Shown here: positions 37,295-47,251 of the stretch, one piece after another
How positions within the stretch are numbered: the stretch's first letter is position 1
How the letters are laid out: every line of letters begins with the position of its first letter
Source of the DNA: a virus
Length of the DNA stretch: 64,000 nucleotides
Strand: one strand, 5' to 3'
IMG/VR virus record: IMGVR_UViG_3300027659_000010
Translations under genes and position numbers: made by a program
Notes under the pieces: generated by a model
The model's input: the letters and a program-made list of their open reading frames with translations, nothing else
Databases searched by the model: none
What the model was told of the DNA's origin: nothing

Positions 37295-37300
37295 AAGTAT

Positions 37301-37329
37301 AGTATATAACCTTATTTTTTGAAATGCAA
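37301..37329 (-). promoter_or_regulatory. sigma70-type promoter of the tRNA-like RNA
   Basis: TTGCAT-17nt-TATACT; predicted +1 at ~37294, the 5' G of the acceptor stem. Confidence 0.6.
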
Positions 37330-37358
37330 GAGATATCTGTGTTAAATACTAGCATATT

Positions 37359-38342
37359 ATGATCATAGACTTTCAAAAGATTCCGTTTAACGAGATTGTG
37401 CGTTTTGGACAGAGGACCATGCTAGACCGTCCACTGTTTTCTGTGAGTTGGATACTGGGCAGATTCTGTAACTACAACTGTTCCTATTGTTGGCCCTATG
37501 CTAGATCAGATCGAATCGATCATCAGAGTTTAGAAACCTACACCTCGACTATTGACGAAATCAAACGCCAGGCCAAACTAAATGGCTTCGATCAATTCCA
37601 TTGGAGTTTTTCAGGAGGGGAACCCACAGCCTACAAACAGTTGAATGAATTAGTCAAGCACCTACAACAGGACACAGTGTCTCCATACCAAAGCATACAT
37701 ATGACCACTAATCTTTCACCGGGATCAAAATGGTGGAACACCTGGTGCTCTAACACAGACATGCTGCAACGTCGGAGTATTACCGCATCATTTCACGCCG
37801 AGCATGCTCGAGAACAAGAGTTTGGTGATAAGTGTCTTCAGTTGATTTATGAACGGGTGCATGTGACTGTGAATCAAGTAATGGTCCCTGATCAGTTTTG
37901 GGACCTGTATGCTCGCTGTGAAAGGTTTCATCAACGAGGTATAAACATCACGCTGAAACCACAGAGTGATCCTACTGCAAGTCATATTGTCAGTGGCTAC
38001 ACAGATGAAATGGTCCAGGCCATGCAGACAGGATTTACACAGAAGGCACAAGGAGAAGATGTTTATCAAATAGCACTGTATGAACAAAATGGCACTGAAC
38101 ATTTATTTGATCAGGCCGAACGATTCAATGCATTCGGATTTAACAAATTTCAAGGTTGGAGTTGCAATAGTGGCTATCAAAGTGTTATAATAAGAGGTAA
38201 TGAGGTCAAGAGAAGTTACAGCTGTCACGATCTGCCACTAGGAAATCTTCAAGATGGTTTTACATTATTCAATGAACCGACTAAATGTATTAGTTCTAGC
38301 TGTGTGAGTTCTGCAGATTCAAAAATACCAAAATGCAAATAA
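37359..38342 (+). CDS. radical SAM protein with C-terminal Cys cluster
   Basis: CNYNCSYC, SGGEPT, TTN; WSCNSG..SC..C...C C-terminus. Confidence 0.9.
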   Translation: MIIDFQKIPFNEIVRFGQRTMLDRPLFSVSWILGRFCNYNCSYCWPYARSDRIDHQSLETYTSTIDEIKRQAKLNGFDQFHWSFSGGEPTAYKQLNELVKHLQQDTVSPYQSIHMTTNLSPGSKWWNTWCSNTDMLQRRSITASFHAEHAREQEFGDKCLQLIYERVHVTVNQVMVPDQFWDLYARCERFHQRGINITLKPQSDPTASHIVSGYTDEMVQAMQTGFTQKAQGEDVYQIALYEQNGTEHLFDQAERFNAFGFNKFQGWSCNSGYQSVIIRGNEVKRSYSCHDLPLGNLQDGFTLFNEPTKCISSSCVSSADSKIPKCK

Positions 38343-38923
38343 ACACCGAACATCTGCATCATTGGATGCAGGCCATACGACAGAGTTCCGATCCTATGCG
38401 AACCATGGATGCGTTTTGGAGCGGCCAATTAAAAAGCAAAGAATGGTTGATTACTAATCTAAGACATCACGTGAAAAAATTCGTTACCATAGACATACAC
38501 GGCGGGTGGGTCGGAGTATTAGCCAGCATGTTGTTTCAAAGTGATGTGCCTGTACTCAACATTCGTAGCATTGATATAGATCCCGCATGCGAACCTATTG
38601 CTGTAAACATGAACAAGATAGAAGAGATGGTTGGCAAGTTCTGTGCGGTTACCGCAGACATGTGCGAGATTCGAAGCGACGCAGATGTTGTTATCAATAC
38701 CAGTTGTGAGCATGTCACACAAGAACAGTATGATTTATGGTTAAGCAGAATGCCGCAAAACAGTTTATTAGTCTTGCAAAGTAATAACTATGATATTCCA
38801 GAGCATGTTCGTATCGCGCAGTCGCTAGAAGAATTTCAAACACAATGCGGCATTAATAAAATATGGGCCGGATCATTAGAACTGCCGTTGTACACACGAT
38901 ATATGATCATAGGTAAGAAATAG
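38333..38923 (+). CDS. class I SAM-dependent methyltransferase-like protein
   Basis: GGWVG Gly motif, SIDID, VINTSCEH, LQSNNY. Confidence 0.6.
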   Translation: MQINTEHLHHWMQAIRQSSDPMRTMDAFWSGQLKSKEWLITNLRHHVKKFVTIDIHGGWVGVLASMLFQSDVPVLNIRSIDIDPACEPIAVNMNKIEEMVGKFCAVTADMCEIRSDADVVINTSCEHVTQEQYDLWLSRMPQNSLLVLQSNNYDIPEHVRIAQSLEEFQTQCGINKIWAGSLELPLYTRYMIIGKK

Positions 38924-39888
38924 TGTATTCATTAACAGACATTAGAACAGTTCATTTAGAAGTTACTAGTAGATGCCAAGCTAGTTGTCCTATGTGCGCC
39001 CGTAATATCCAAGGTGGAATCGATAATCCGTTCATGACGGTTATAGAAATTACATTAGATCAGCTTAAAGAATGGTTTTCAGTTGAGTTTATTAGACAGT
39101 TAGATCGGTTGTTTATGTGCGGCAACTTAGGGGATCCTATCATTGCCAAGGACACTTTAAAGATCTTTGAATATATTCGAGAAGTTAATCCTAACATAAT
39201 ATTAAGCATGAATACAAACGGTTCTGCAAGAAATCTGCAGTTCTGGAAAAAACTTGCTGAAGCAAGAGTTCATGTACGATTTGGTATTGATGGACTAATA
39301 GATACTCACAGTCTGTATCGTATAGGCACGGACTGGGTGAAAATAATAGATAATGCCAAAAATTTTATAACGGCTGGGGGACATGCTACTTGGGACATGT
39401 TGGTGTTTGAGCATAACAAACATCAGGTTGAACTTTGTAAAGAGCTCAGTGAGTCTATAGGGTTTGAAAAGTTTGTGTCAAAGAATACTGCTAGATTTAG
39501 GGACAATTATCTTAATGTTTTAAACAAAGAAGGACAGACTACACATATATTATATCCCACCGATAGAAGCAAACAAATACCAGTAACCAAAAAATCTACA
39601 ACAATAAATTGTAAAGTACAAAAGGAAAGAAGCCTATATATTAGTGCAACAGGTACCGTAAGTCCTTGCTGCTGGTTAGATAATGAATGGCAATCTCCTA
39701 ATAATCCTAATCGTATTGATTACATGGATAAGATAGGAACTAGACTAAGTTTGTCTAAGAATACGTTAGAGGAAATCTTTGAACAAAACGTTTTCACGGC
39801 AATTGAAAACACGTGGGAATGCAATCCGTTAAAAGAATGTTCAAAACAGTGTGGCGAAACAGATCGATTCAACGAACAATTTAATTGA
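38923..39888 (+). CDS. radical SAM/SPASM-twitch protein
   Basis: CQASCPMC, GNLGDP, TNG; C...G.VSPCC...CSKQC. Confidence 0.9.
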   Translation: MYSLTDIRTVHLEVTSRCQASCPMCARNIQGGIDNPFMTVIEITLDQLKEWFSVEFIRQLDRLFMCGNLGDPIIAKDTLKIFEYIREVNPNIILSMNTNGSARNLQFWKKLAEARVHVRFGIDGLIDTHSLYRIGTDWVKIIDNAKNFITAGGHATWDMLVFEHNKHQVELCKELSESIGFEKFVSKNTARFRDNYLNVLNKEGQTTHILYPTDRSKQIPVTKKSTTINCKVQKERSLYISATGTVSPCCWLDNEWQSPNNPNRIDYMDKIGTRLSLSKNTLEEIFEQNVFTAIENTWECNPLKECSKQCGETDRFNEQFN

Positions 39889-39894
39889 GAATGA

Positions 39895-41292
39895 ATGAGT
39901 AATAAGATCAAACAGTGGCAGGACAAAATCGAAGCAGTGTCGGGTAGTCAGACTTTTTGTGTACTACCCTGGATACATTTTGCCACCAGACCAAATGGCG
40001 ATATGCGATTATGTTGTTCCGCTAATGCCAGCGGAGCAGGAGAAAACCACACAGTGGGACTGGTGAAGAACGAAAAAGGTCAACCAGCTAACTTTGGTCG
40101 AGAAACACCTATGAGTGCTTGGAACAATGAATACATGAAAGATGTACGATTAACTATGCTTGAAGGAAAGATACCTGCTAGTTGTAGTAAGTGCATTGCT
40201 GAAGAGTCACGCGGTGTTGCTAGCAAACGTATCTGGGAAACAGGTTCGTGGATGGAAGATGGCATCGATGTTGAAGAGCTTATTAAGCAAACAGCAGAAG
40301 ATGGAACTATTCCTGAACGTCTTGTTTACTTAGATTTACGCTTAGGCCATACCTGTAATCTCAAGTGCGTTATGTGTAGTCCGCATGACAGCAGCCAGTG
40401 GGTGGCGGATCATAAAAAGATATACCCGTTATTTCAGGCAAAGGAACTTAAGGAACAGATGTCATGGGATAGGAAAGATTTTAATAATAAGTGGCACGAG
40501 AATCCAGACTTTTGGAAAGAGATGTATGCACAGATTCCTAACCTAAAGCAGGTGTACTTCGCCGGCGGTGAACCATTAATGATACGCGAACATAAATGGT
40601 TCCTTGAAGAAATTATTCGTCAAGGCTATGCTGACAAAATTCTCATACGTTACAATACAAATGGATTACTTGTAGATGATGAAATTATCGAACTATGGAA
40701 GCAATTCAAAAAGGTCAAGGTCGGTTTTAGTATCGATGCTGTGGGTGACCGTAATTGGTATATACGCTATCCTAGCGATTGGGCTATTATCGAACATAAT
40801 CTTCACAAGCTAGATAACACTCCCGACAACATACAAGTTAGTATCGCCACTGCTATACAGATATTGAACATCAAACATTTAGCAGACTTCGCCAAGTGGA
40901 AGATTACACAAAACTTTAAGAAAGTAAATCTTGAAAATACAGTAGGCGGAATACAAGCCGGTGGCGGAATTATTAATATGCATCTGCTGTATATCCCAAC
41001 CTTCTTAAGTATTCGATTGCTACCTGCTGAAGATAAAGCAGAAGTTCGCAGAAACTTTGCAGAACTTGCTAATTGGTTGCATGAAAACTATAGACAAGAT
41101 GAAGATTTTTGGAAAAATAATCCTTACGGGTGGAAACGTTGGCAGGCTGTACTGGACTTCATGGATGCCGAAGATCATACAAATCAAATATCTGCTTTTA
41201 ATGAATATATTTCAAGGTTAGATAAACTACGTGGTACACGATTTAAACTAATATTTCCGGAGTTGTCGCATTTGGAATCGTATAATGCCTGA
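39895..41292 (+). CDS. radical SAM protein with N-terminal twitch/SPASM domain
   Basis: FCVLPW..LCC..CSKC; CNLKCVMC; FAGGEPLM; YNTNG. Confidence 0.9.
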   Translation: MSNKIKQWQDKIEAVSGSQTFCVLPWIHFATRPNGDMRLCCSANASGAGENHTVGLVKNEKGQPANFGRETPMSAWNNEYMKDVRLTMLEGKIPASCSKCIAEESRGVASKRIWETGSWMEDGIDVEELIKQTAEDGTIPERLVYLDLRLGHTCNLKCVMCSPHDSSQWVADHKKIYPLFQAKELKEQMSWDRKDFNNKWHENPDFWKEMYAQIPNLKQVYFAGGEPLMIREHKWFLEEIIRQGYADKILIRYNTNGLLVDDEIIELWKQFKKVKVGFSIDAVGDRNWYIRYPSDWAIIEHNLHKLDNTPDNIQVSIATAIQILNIKHLADFAKWKITQNFKKVNLENTVGGIQAGGGIINMHLLYIPTFLSIRLLPAEDKAEVRRNFAELANWLHENYRQDEDFWKNNPYGWKRWQAVLDFMDAEDHTNQISAFNEYISRLDKLRGTRFKLIFPELSHLESYNA

Positions 41293-42376
41293 CTTCAATA
41301 CGTTGTATCCCGTAAAAAAGATTTTTCAGGTAGCCTGGGAGTCTACCCTTAAATGTAATTTAGACTGTAGCTACTGCGGTGACGGACACGATAATTCACA
41401 AAAGCATCCTAGCCTAGAAGAAAGCCTTAAAACTGTGGATTTTATAATTGAATATCTCAATCTTCATATGTCTATAAAAAATAAAAACAATAAGTTTGCT
41501 AATTTAAATATACAAGGCGGAGAGAGTATATTCCATCCTAATATTTTAGAAATATTAGAATATGCGGATGCTAAAAAAAGCAAATATCAAGATTGGTATC
41601 TTAGTGTTTCCCTCATCACAAATGCTATTATAGGCATAAACCAGTGGAAAAAAATATCTAGATTAGTTGACTTTTTTACAGTAAGTTATCATCCCGAGAG
41701 TTTACCTAAACAACAAGAAATGTTTAGACAGAATATATTGCACCTTAAGCAGTCTAGCAAATCATTTCATGTAGCAGTATTAATGCATCCAAAGTATTGG
41801 GATAACTGTATCGAGATGATAGAATTTTGCAAACAGCATGGGATTAACGCACTGCCTAGACAAATAGATCATCCTTGGAGTGATTTTAGATTTAATTACG
41901 ATGAAGAACAAACACAGCTTCTAACAGGAGCAAAGAAGATATCAGTCGCTACTAAAGTTATTTCTTTTTTTAGAAACGGTATAAATCTATCTGCACAAGG
42001 TCGAGCCTGTTGTGGGGGCGAAAGCATGTGCACAGAGGAGGCCAACGATATTAGATATGTGAACGGAAATAATTTCAAAGGATGGCAATGTTCTGTAGAT
42101 AAATTTTTCTTATACATACGACAGACAACAGGTGAAATTTTTACCAACAAAGATTGCAGGATGAACTATGATAACAAAGTAGGGGTTATAGGATATTTAA
42201 AAACCAGTAATGAGCTACTCGATGCTGTAAAACATCAAATAGAAACAAATACATTGCCTACTATTACCTGTAAGAAATTTAGTTGTTGGTGTGGTCTATG
42301 TGCTCCTAAAGCTAGAACAACAGAATTATATAATGATATGATGGAAAGATATTCAAATGCTAACACAGGTAATTGA
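41285..42376 (+). CDS. radical SAM protein
   Basis: CNLDCSYC, GGE; GRACCGG; CWCGLCAPK. Confidence 0.9.
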   Translation: MPDFNTLYPVKKIFQVAWESTLKCNLDCSYCGDGHDNSQKHPSLEESLKTVDFIIEYLNLHMSIKNKNNKFANLNIQGGESIFHPNILEILEYADAKKSKYQDWYLSVSLITNAIIGINQWKKISRLVDFFTVSYHPESLPKQQEMFRQNILHLKQSSKSFHVAVLMHPKYWDNCIEMIEFCKQHGINALPRQIDHPWSDFRFNYDEEQTQLLTGAKKISVATKVISFFRNGINLSAQGRACCGGESMCTEEANDIRYVNGNNFKGWQCSVDKFFLYIRQTTGEIFTNKDCRMNYDNKVGVIGYLKTSNELLDAVKHQIETNTLPTITCKKFSCWCGLCAPKARTTELYNDMMERYSNANTGN

Positions 42377-43334
42377 AGGTCGCGATTCTAATGTTCTTAC
42401 CATAGAACTAATGCTAGGAAACTTATGTAACTACAAATGTTCATATTGCTTTCCTGGTAGCAACGAGGGCGATCACCTTTGGCCCGACACCGACACTCTT
42501 ATTAAGAATATTACCCATCTGTTTGAAACATACAAACAACATGGCAAGAATAAGTTTGAGTTGTACTTAGTAGGTGGTGAGCCAACCTTATGGAAAGACT
42601 TGTCTAAATTTTGCTGGTTTTTAAAAAATAACTATGACGTAGTCATTAGGTTATCTACTAACGGATACAAGAAAGCAGAATGGTGGAAATTAAATTCTCA
42701 ATTGTTTGATGCTGTCGAAATATCAGTTCATCACGAATATGCAAATCTCGATCACATTGTAAGTATATGCGATGCTTTATACTACGAGAAAACAAATCTA
42801 GTTGCCAATGTGTTAATGGATCCTGATTTTTTTGATAAGTGTATTTCTATTGTAGAATATATAAAGTCTAGTAAAAAAAGATGGCCTATAGTAGCTAAAT
42901 GGGTACACTTCGATGGTAGGTCTAAATACACAAAACAGCAAGCAGAGTATTTAGAAAAACCATTAAAGCGTTGGCCGAATTTGCTTTGGTGGTTTAAACT
43001 AAAATATCATGCCCGTTACAAAACATGGGTCATTGAAGATAATAAGAAAAAACTAGTTGCAGATAACTACTTGACTTTACAAGGCAAGAATTATTTTAAA
43101 GGTTGGAATTGTAATCTCGGAGTCGACCATTTACACATATCAATGTCAGGACTCATATCGGGCAACTGCGGACAACTGTTGTATGGTAAAACTTTTCATT
43201 ATAATTTATATCAGGATAGCTTTGCTATAAACTTTAATCCTACTATAAATTCTGTGACCTGTACAAAAGATATATGTAGTTGCGGTTTTGAAACAAATAT
43301 TAGTAAAGTTATACCGATAAAGGTAATTGACTAA
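42357..43334 (+). CDS. radical SAM protein
   Basis: CNYKCSYC, GGEPT, STNG; WNCNLG..CTKDICSC. Confidence 0.9.
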   Translation: MLTQVIEGRDSNVLTIELMLGNLCNYKCSYCFPGSNEGDHLWPDTDTLIKNITHLFETYKQHGKNKFELYLVGGEPTLWKDLSKFCWFLKNNYDVVIRLSTNGYKKAEWWKLNSQLFDAVEISVHHEYANLDHIVSICDALYYEKTNLVANVLMDPDFFDKCISIVEYIKSSKKRWPIVAKWVHFDGRSKYTKQQAEYLEKPLKRWPNLLWWFKLKYHARYKTWVIEDNKKKLVADNYLTLQGKNYFKGWNCNLGVDHLHISMSGLISGNCGQLLYGKTFHYNLYQDSFAINFNPTINSVTCTKDICSCGFETNISKVIPIKVID

Positions 43335-44406
43335 CATCATTCCATAGCTGTCTAAAGTCATCAAGATCTTTTGCCTTAGGAACACACATACCACAACCGC
43401 ATCGTTGATTAGGGCATACAATAGGTGCTATTGTTGTTTGCGATAGCATGGCACTCACATTATCAAGTATTAACTGTGTGTTAGATAAATTTCCAATCGG
43501 GCCTCTTCCTGTATGCGTTGCCTGACAAGTTTGGTGATGAAATACATCTCCGCCGTATTGATCTATGTGCAAGAAATACCAATTAACAGTACAGTGCCAA
43601 TCTTTAAACCAATTATTAACTAGTTTAACTTCCTGCCATTCGCCATCGACCTTACCCTGCGTACATCGTCCGCCACAGCAGGCCCTGCCTACATTTGTAC
43701 CTTCTTTGGCCATACTTGCTTTACTTGTTTGTCCCATCCAACTATAGAACCAGTCTTGTTGTGCTTCTGTATATTCGTGACTTGTGCGTCTGTTAGTGCC
43801 GTCTGCATCAATAAACCAACCCTTGCGCACAATGTTACCGTCGCCAATAGGCACAGGATTTACCTTGATTCCTTTTTCTTTTAGCATAGCACATATTAAA
43901 GTTGCCTGTTCAAAGTGATCACAATGCAACATTACATTAACTTGCAAACTCATACCTGCGGTGTGCAATGCTAGAATATTTTCAATTGTACGTTTGTTGA
44001 GAGGATCTTCAGCATGCCAACTAACGGTAGCATGAGAAAAATTATCTAGTATCCGTTGAGTAAATTTAGGACCCCATGTGCCGTTGGTAGTGAGACTTAA
44101 TCTAAATTTCTTTGTTTCTTTAATATAATCAACCAACGGCCAAAAGTCGGGATTAATTGTAGGCTCACCGCCAGTGAAATCTATGTTACTTATGGTCTGA
44201 TCGACACGTTTACTATTATATAAATCTGCATATTGATCTACAAAATTAAATGTTTTTTTTAATTCTTCTAGTTCGGGTAGTTTGCTGTAATTGTCATGCC
44301 TCGTACTTTCACAGTAGGTACAATCTAAATTGCATCTTCTTATGATATCCCAAGTGACCATTAATGGTTCGGGTCGGCTGAGTTTAATCGCGGTGGTTTG
44401 GATCAT
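43309..44406 (-). CDS. radical SAM protein (paralog of 41285-42376)
   Basis: CNLDCTYC, TGGEPT, TTNG; GRACCGG; CGCGMCVPK. Confidence 0.9.
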   Translation of the reverse strand: MIQTTAIKLSRPEPLMVTWDIIRRCNLDCTYCESTRHDNYSKLPELEELKKTFNFVDQYADLYNSKRVDQTISNIDFTGGEPTINPDFWPLVDYIKETKKFRLSLTTNGTWGPKFTQRILDNFSHATVSWHAEDPLNKRTIENILALHTAGMSLQVNVMLHCDHFEQATLICAMLKEKGIKVNPVPIGDGNIVRKGWFIDADGTNRRTSHEYTEAQQDWFYSWMGQTSKASMAKEGTNVGRACCGGRCTQGKVDGEWQEVKLVNNWFKDWHCTVNWYFLHIDQYGGDVFHHQTCQATHTGRGPIGNLSNTQLILDNVSAMLSQTTIAPIVCPNQRCGCGMCVPKAKDLDDFRQLWNDVSQLPLSV

Positions 44407-45289
44407 ATTTTGTTAATGGTATATCTGATGCACACGTGCAGAAATTGCGATCACAGGTCACTGGAGTAGTGGGAGCAATAAAGGTACCGGTATAGATGTT
44501 GCCGATGCTGCCTCCGACTCGACAGGTAGCACGATGAACTTCGCCGTCCCAGTTAATCATTAGACTTTCAAGGCCGGCGTTGCAAGACCATCCGTTGAAT
44601 TGATTTAGGTTATTTTTAATAATATCGTTGGCATGGATAATCTTTTCTTCATCGATTCTACAATTAGGCTTTGCAGTAGCATCGTGTTCTAAGATCCATT
44701 CTAGATCTGTTCCGTCATATTTAAGGTCATCAAAGACATTGTGGTCACCCTCGGTCCATCGAATTCTGCGGATAGCATATTTGATACCAATTTCATCAAA
44801 CTTTTTAACAACCAGTTTTACGTGATGAACATATTTGTGATGAGCCATGATATTAACAAAGAAATCTCGTTCTGTGTTGTCGTAGAATTTTAAAATAGTA
44901 TCAAACACTCTAGTCCAATCTTGCTCAAAGTGTAGACTAAAAACAATATGATTGAAAAATGTCTCGTGATCCAAATACCATCGATGACCTCTGGTTCCGT
45001 TGGTAGTTAAGTTGACCCAGAATATATCTTTGCGTTTAAAATACTCGAGAAGGGCTTCAATATCAGGATGAACACAAGGTTCACCTCCTGTTAGACTGAT
45101 GCGCAAAGGCTTACCTAGCCCACATAGTTTATCTACAGCGGCTTCTAGAATATTGATATCTGTATGAGGACTGAAATTGTCGTGTATGACAGATGGGCAA
45201 TAACTACAATCATAGTTACAACGCTTACCAAGATTCCATTCTACTTTGAGCTGATCTTGATGCGGCCAACAACTGGTTATTTTATACAT
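44384..45289 (-). CDS. radical SAM protein (paralog of 42357-43334)
   Basis: CNYDCSYC, TGGEP, TTNG; WSCNAG..CDRNFCTC; likely start ATG 45289 (track 45313). Confidence 0.9.
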   Translation of the reverse strand: MYKITSCWPHQDQLKVEWNLGKRCNYDCSYCPSVIHDNFSPHTDINILEAAVDKLCGLGKPLRISLTGGEPCVHPDIEALLEYFKRKDIFWVNLTTNGTRGHRWYLDHETFFNHIVFSLHFEQDWTRVFDTILKFYDNTERDFFVNIMAHHKYVHHVKLVVKKFDEIGIKYAIRRIRWTEGDHNVFDDLKYDGTDLEWILEHDATAKPNCRIDEEKIIHANDIIKNNLNQFNGWSCNAGLESLMINWDGEVHRATCRVGGSIGNIYTGTFIAPTTPVTCDRNFCTCASDIPLTKYDPNHRD

Positions 45290-46598
45290 ACGGTTTAAAT
45301 TCCGGTACAACATTTAACAAATTCTGACCACGAGTAGAGTCTAAAGCAAAATTAAAATCTAAAAAGTCTTGCCACAAATTATTTTGATCATTAGCTTGTA
45401 GATAATTAATGTTATCTTGTATTTGTTGGTGTGTAACTTTACCTAACAGCGGATTGTTTTTAATTGCATCCCAGTCGTCTATTTGTGATTTAACAGATAA
45501 TAACTTTGTGATTGCTAACACTTTTAAATCGTTAGGCAATACTTGTGCTGACAAGCAGTTAGGATAGCTAACACGATGACTGTAGAATACAATATCCATC
45601 TTGTTGATAAAATAATCAATACACTCTGCGGCTTGTAATATGTTACCTGCTTGCGCTGTAAATGCTCCAACGACTCTACTAACGTTGGGTATCTTTTTTA
45701 TTTCTTTAATATTTTCTTCAACTTGATTAAAGTCACCGTTACCACGTATGTAATTGTAAACATCGTGAATGCCGTCAATGCTGACATTAACGGCAACGCT
45801 TCTAAAATGAGGCCAGTAGTCATATATAGTTCTTCCTTTGCTGATTCCTAAGGTCGTGCCGTTAGTGGCATATTTGATTTCAATGTTCTTGCCATAAGGC
45901 TTGAGCATATCAAGTATTCGATAATGCTGCGGATCCATTAAGGGCTCACCACCAGCAAACTCCACACGTTTAAAATGAGGAATTAACTTTTCAAAACTTG
46001 CCCACCAGTTGTCTGTGTCATCAAACGGACCTATGTATTGGCCGGGTTTCTTGACCAGTCGTTCTACAGTTGATACAAGATAGTTGTTTTCTTTTTTATA
46101 AAAAGGAACAACCTTGTCCCAGTCTTGCCAACTAGTGCTGTCAAGCGGATTGCACATACGACATTTTAAATTACAAAGATTATTAAGTTTGATTTCCATT
46201 GTAGGAATTTCAAATGGCATTGTGAAATCGTGTCGCATATTACTAACAGCATTAGGATATAATGTAATACGTGATTCTGGAATAACTCCTGCAATGTGTC
46301 GCTGTCGTAAACTTTCAACACCCTGATCTTCTAAACTAAAACAAGGAGCACATTCTTTAGGGCGTTCTCCGATCAACACCTGTCTACGTATGCGAGTCAT
46401 TGTTTCACTGTTCCAATGATACTCTAATGGAGCATCTTGTATGAAACCAATGGGGTGGCTGCGACAACAAACTTTAACAGCGCCATCTTCTCTGGTAGCT
46501 AGACCTGTAAAAGGATGCATACAAAATGTTTTACTTTGACTTTTCAACTGCCCACTCCCTTTCTTTGCACCAGAAACAGTTACCACAGGTTGGTACAT
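45282..46598 (-). CDS. radical SAM protein with N-terminal twitch domain (paralog of 39895-41292)
   Basis: FCMHPF..VCC..CAPC; CNLKCRMC; FAGGEPLM; true start probably ~50 nt downstream of the track start. Confidence 0.9.
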   Translation of the reverse strand: MYQPVVTVSGAKKGSGQLKSQSKTFCMHPFTGLATREDGAVKVCCRSHPIGFIQDAPLEYHWNSETMTRIRRQVLIGERPKECAPCFSLEDQGVESLRQRHIAGVIPESRITLYPNAVSNMRHDFTMPFEIPTMEIKLNNLCNLKCRMCNPLDSTSWQDWDKVVPFYKKENNYLVSTVERLVKKPGQYIGPFDDTDNWWASFEKLIPHFKRVEFAGGEPLMDPQHYRILDMLKPYGKNIEIKYATNGTTLGISKGRTIYDYWPHFRSVAVNVSIDGIHDVYNYIRGNGDFNQVEENIKEIKKIPNVSRVVGAFTAQAGNILQAAECIDYFINKMDIVFYSHRVSYPNCLSAQVLPNDLKVLAITKLLSVKSQIDDWDAIKNNPLLGKVTHQQIQDNINYLQANDQNNLWQDFLDFNFALDSTRGQNLLNVVPEFKPYV

Positions 46599-47211
46599 AC
46601 TGTCCTGGAATATAATTTTTATAGGTTATATTTTCAAACTCACCTTCACAGCTTCTTGTTAGTTCTAATAGATCTTCTATTTGATTTTCGTAGTATTGTT
46701 CAACGATCCAATCTTTTCTAGTATGAACAAATGGGTGACATATACTTATACCCTCATGAACAAAGTAAGGAGGGATGTGCCCTTCGTCTCTATCACTCAA
46801 TGCACCTTCAATCTCGATGTCTGGATTTTTATTGATACCGCCATATAACGCATCGAGTTGATACTTATGTGCGATATATTCATTATGCGATCTTAGTATT
46901 ATCTGATTCCCACTTTTTAATTTACCATACTCATCAACGATGGTAGGACCTTTATCTCCCCATTCTAATTCTGAAGGAATTAGATTTTGATGAACATAAA
47001 ACTTGTTATCGAAATGCTGTTTAAACCAATCCATCACTCTGTTGGCAACATGTTCTTGCCAAGGTCTTGTTTTCCATAATCGTATTTGATTGGTAAAATG
47101 TATTTCAGCGTTAGTATTTGAACAGATCAAATAGGATAGTAATGCACTATCAACACCACCACTTATACTAATTCCAATTTTTTTCCAATTAGGATCTAGA
47201 TATAGTTTCAT
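46531..47211 (-). CDS. QueC-like PP-loop ATPase (adenine nucleotide alpha hydrolase)
   Basis: SGGVDS PP-loop, HPF, TRSC...CGNCFWCKER Zn motif; ATG 47211 behind TAAATA (track start 47319). Confidence 0.7.
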   Translation of the reverse strand: MKLYLDPNWKKIGISISGGVDSALLSYLICSNTNAEIHFTNQIRLWKTRPWQEHVANRVMDWFKQHFDNKFYVHQNLIPSELEWGDKGPTIVDEYGKLKSGNQIILRSHNEYIAHKYQLDALYGGINKNPDIEIEGALSDRDEGHIPPYFVHEGISICHPFVHTRKDWIVEQYYENQIEDLLELTRSCEGEFENITYKNYIPGQYVPTCGNCFWCKEREWAVEKSK

Positions 47212-47251
47212 AAAAGTATTTACATCATTATAGTAGCACATAAATATTTCC

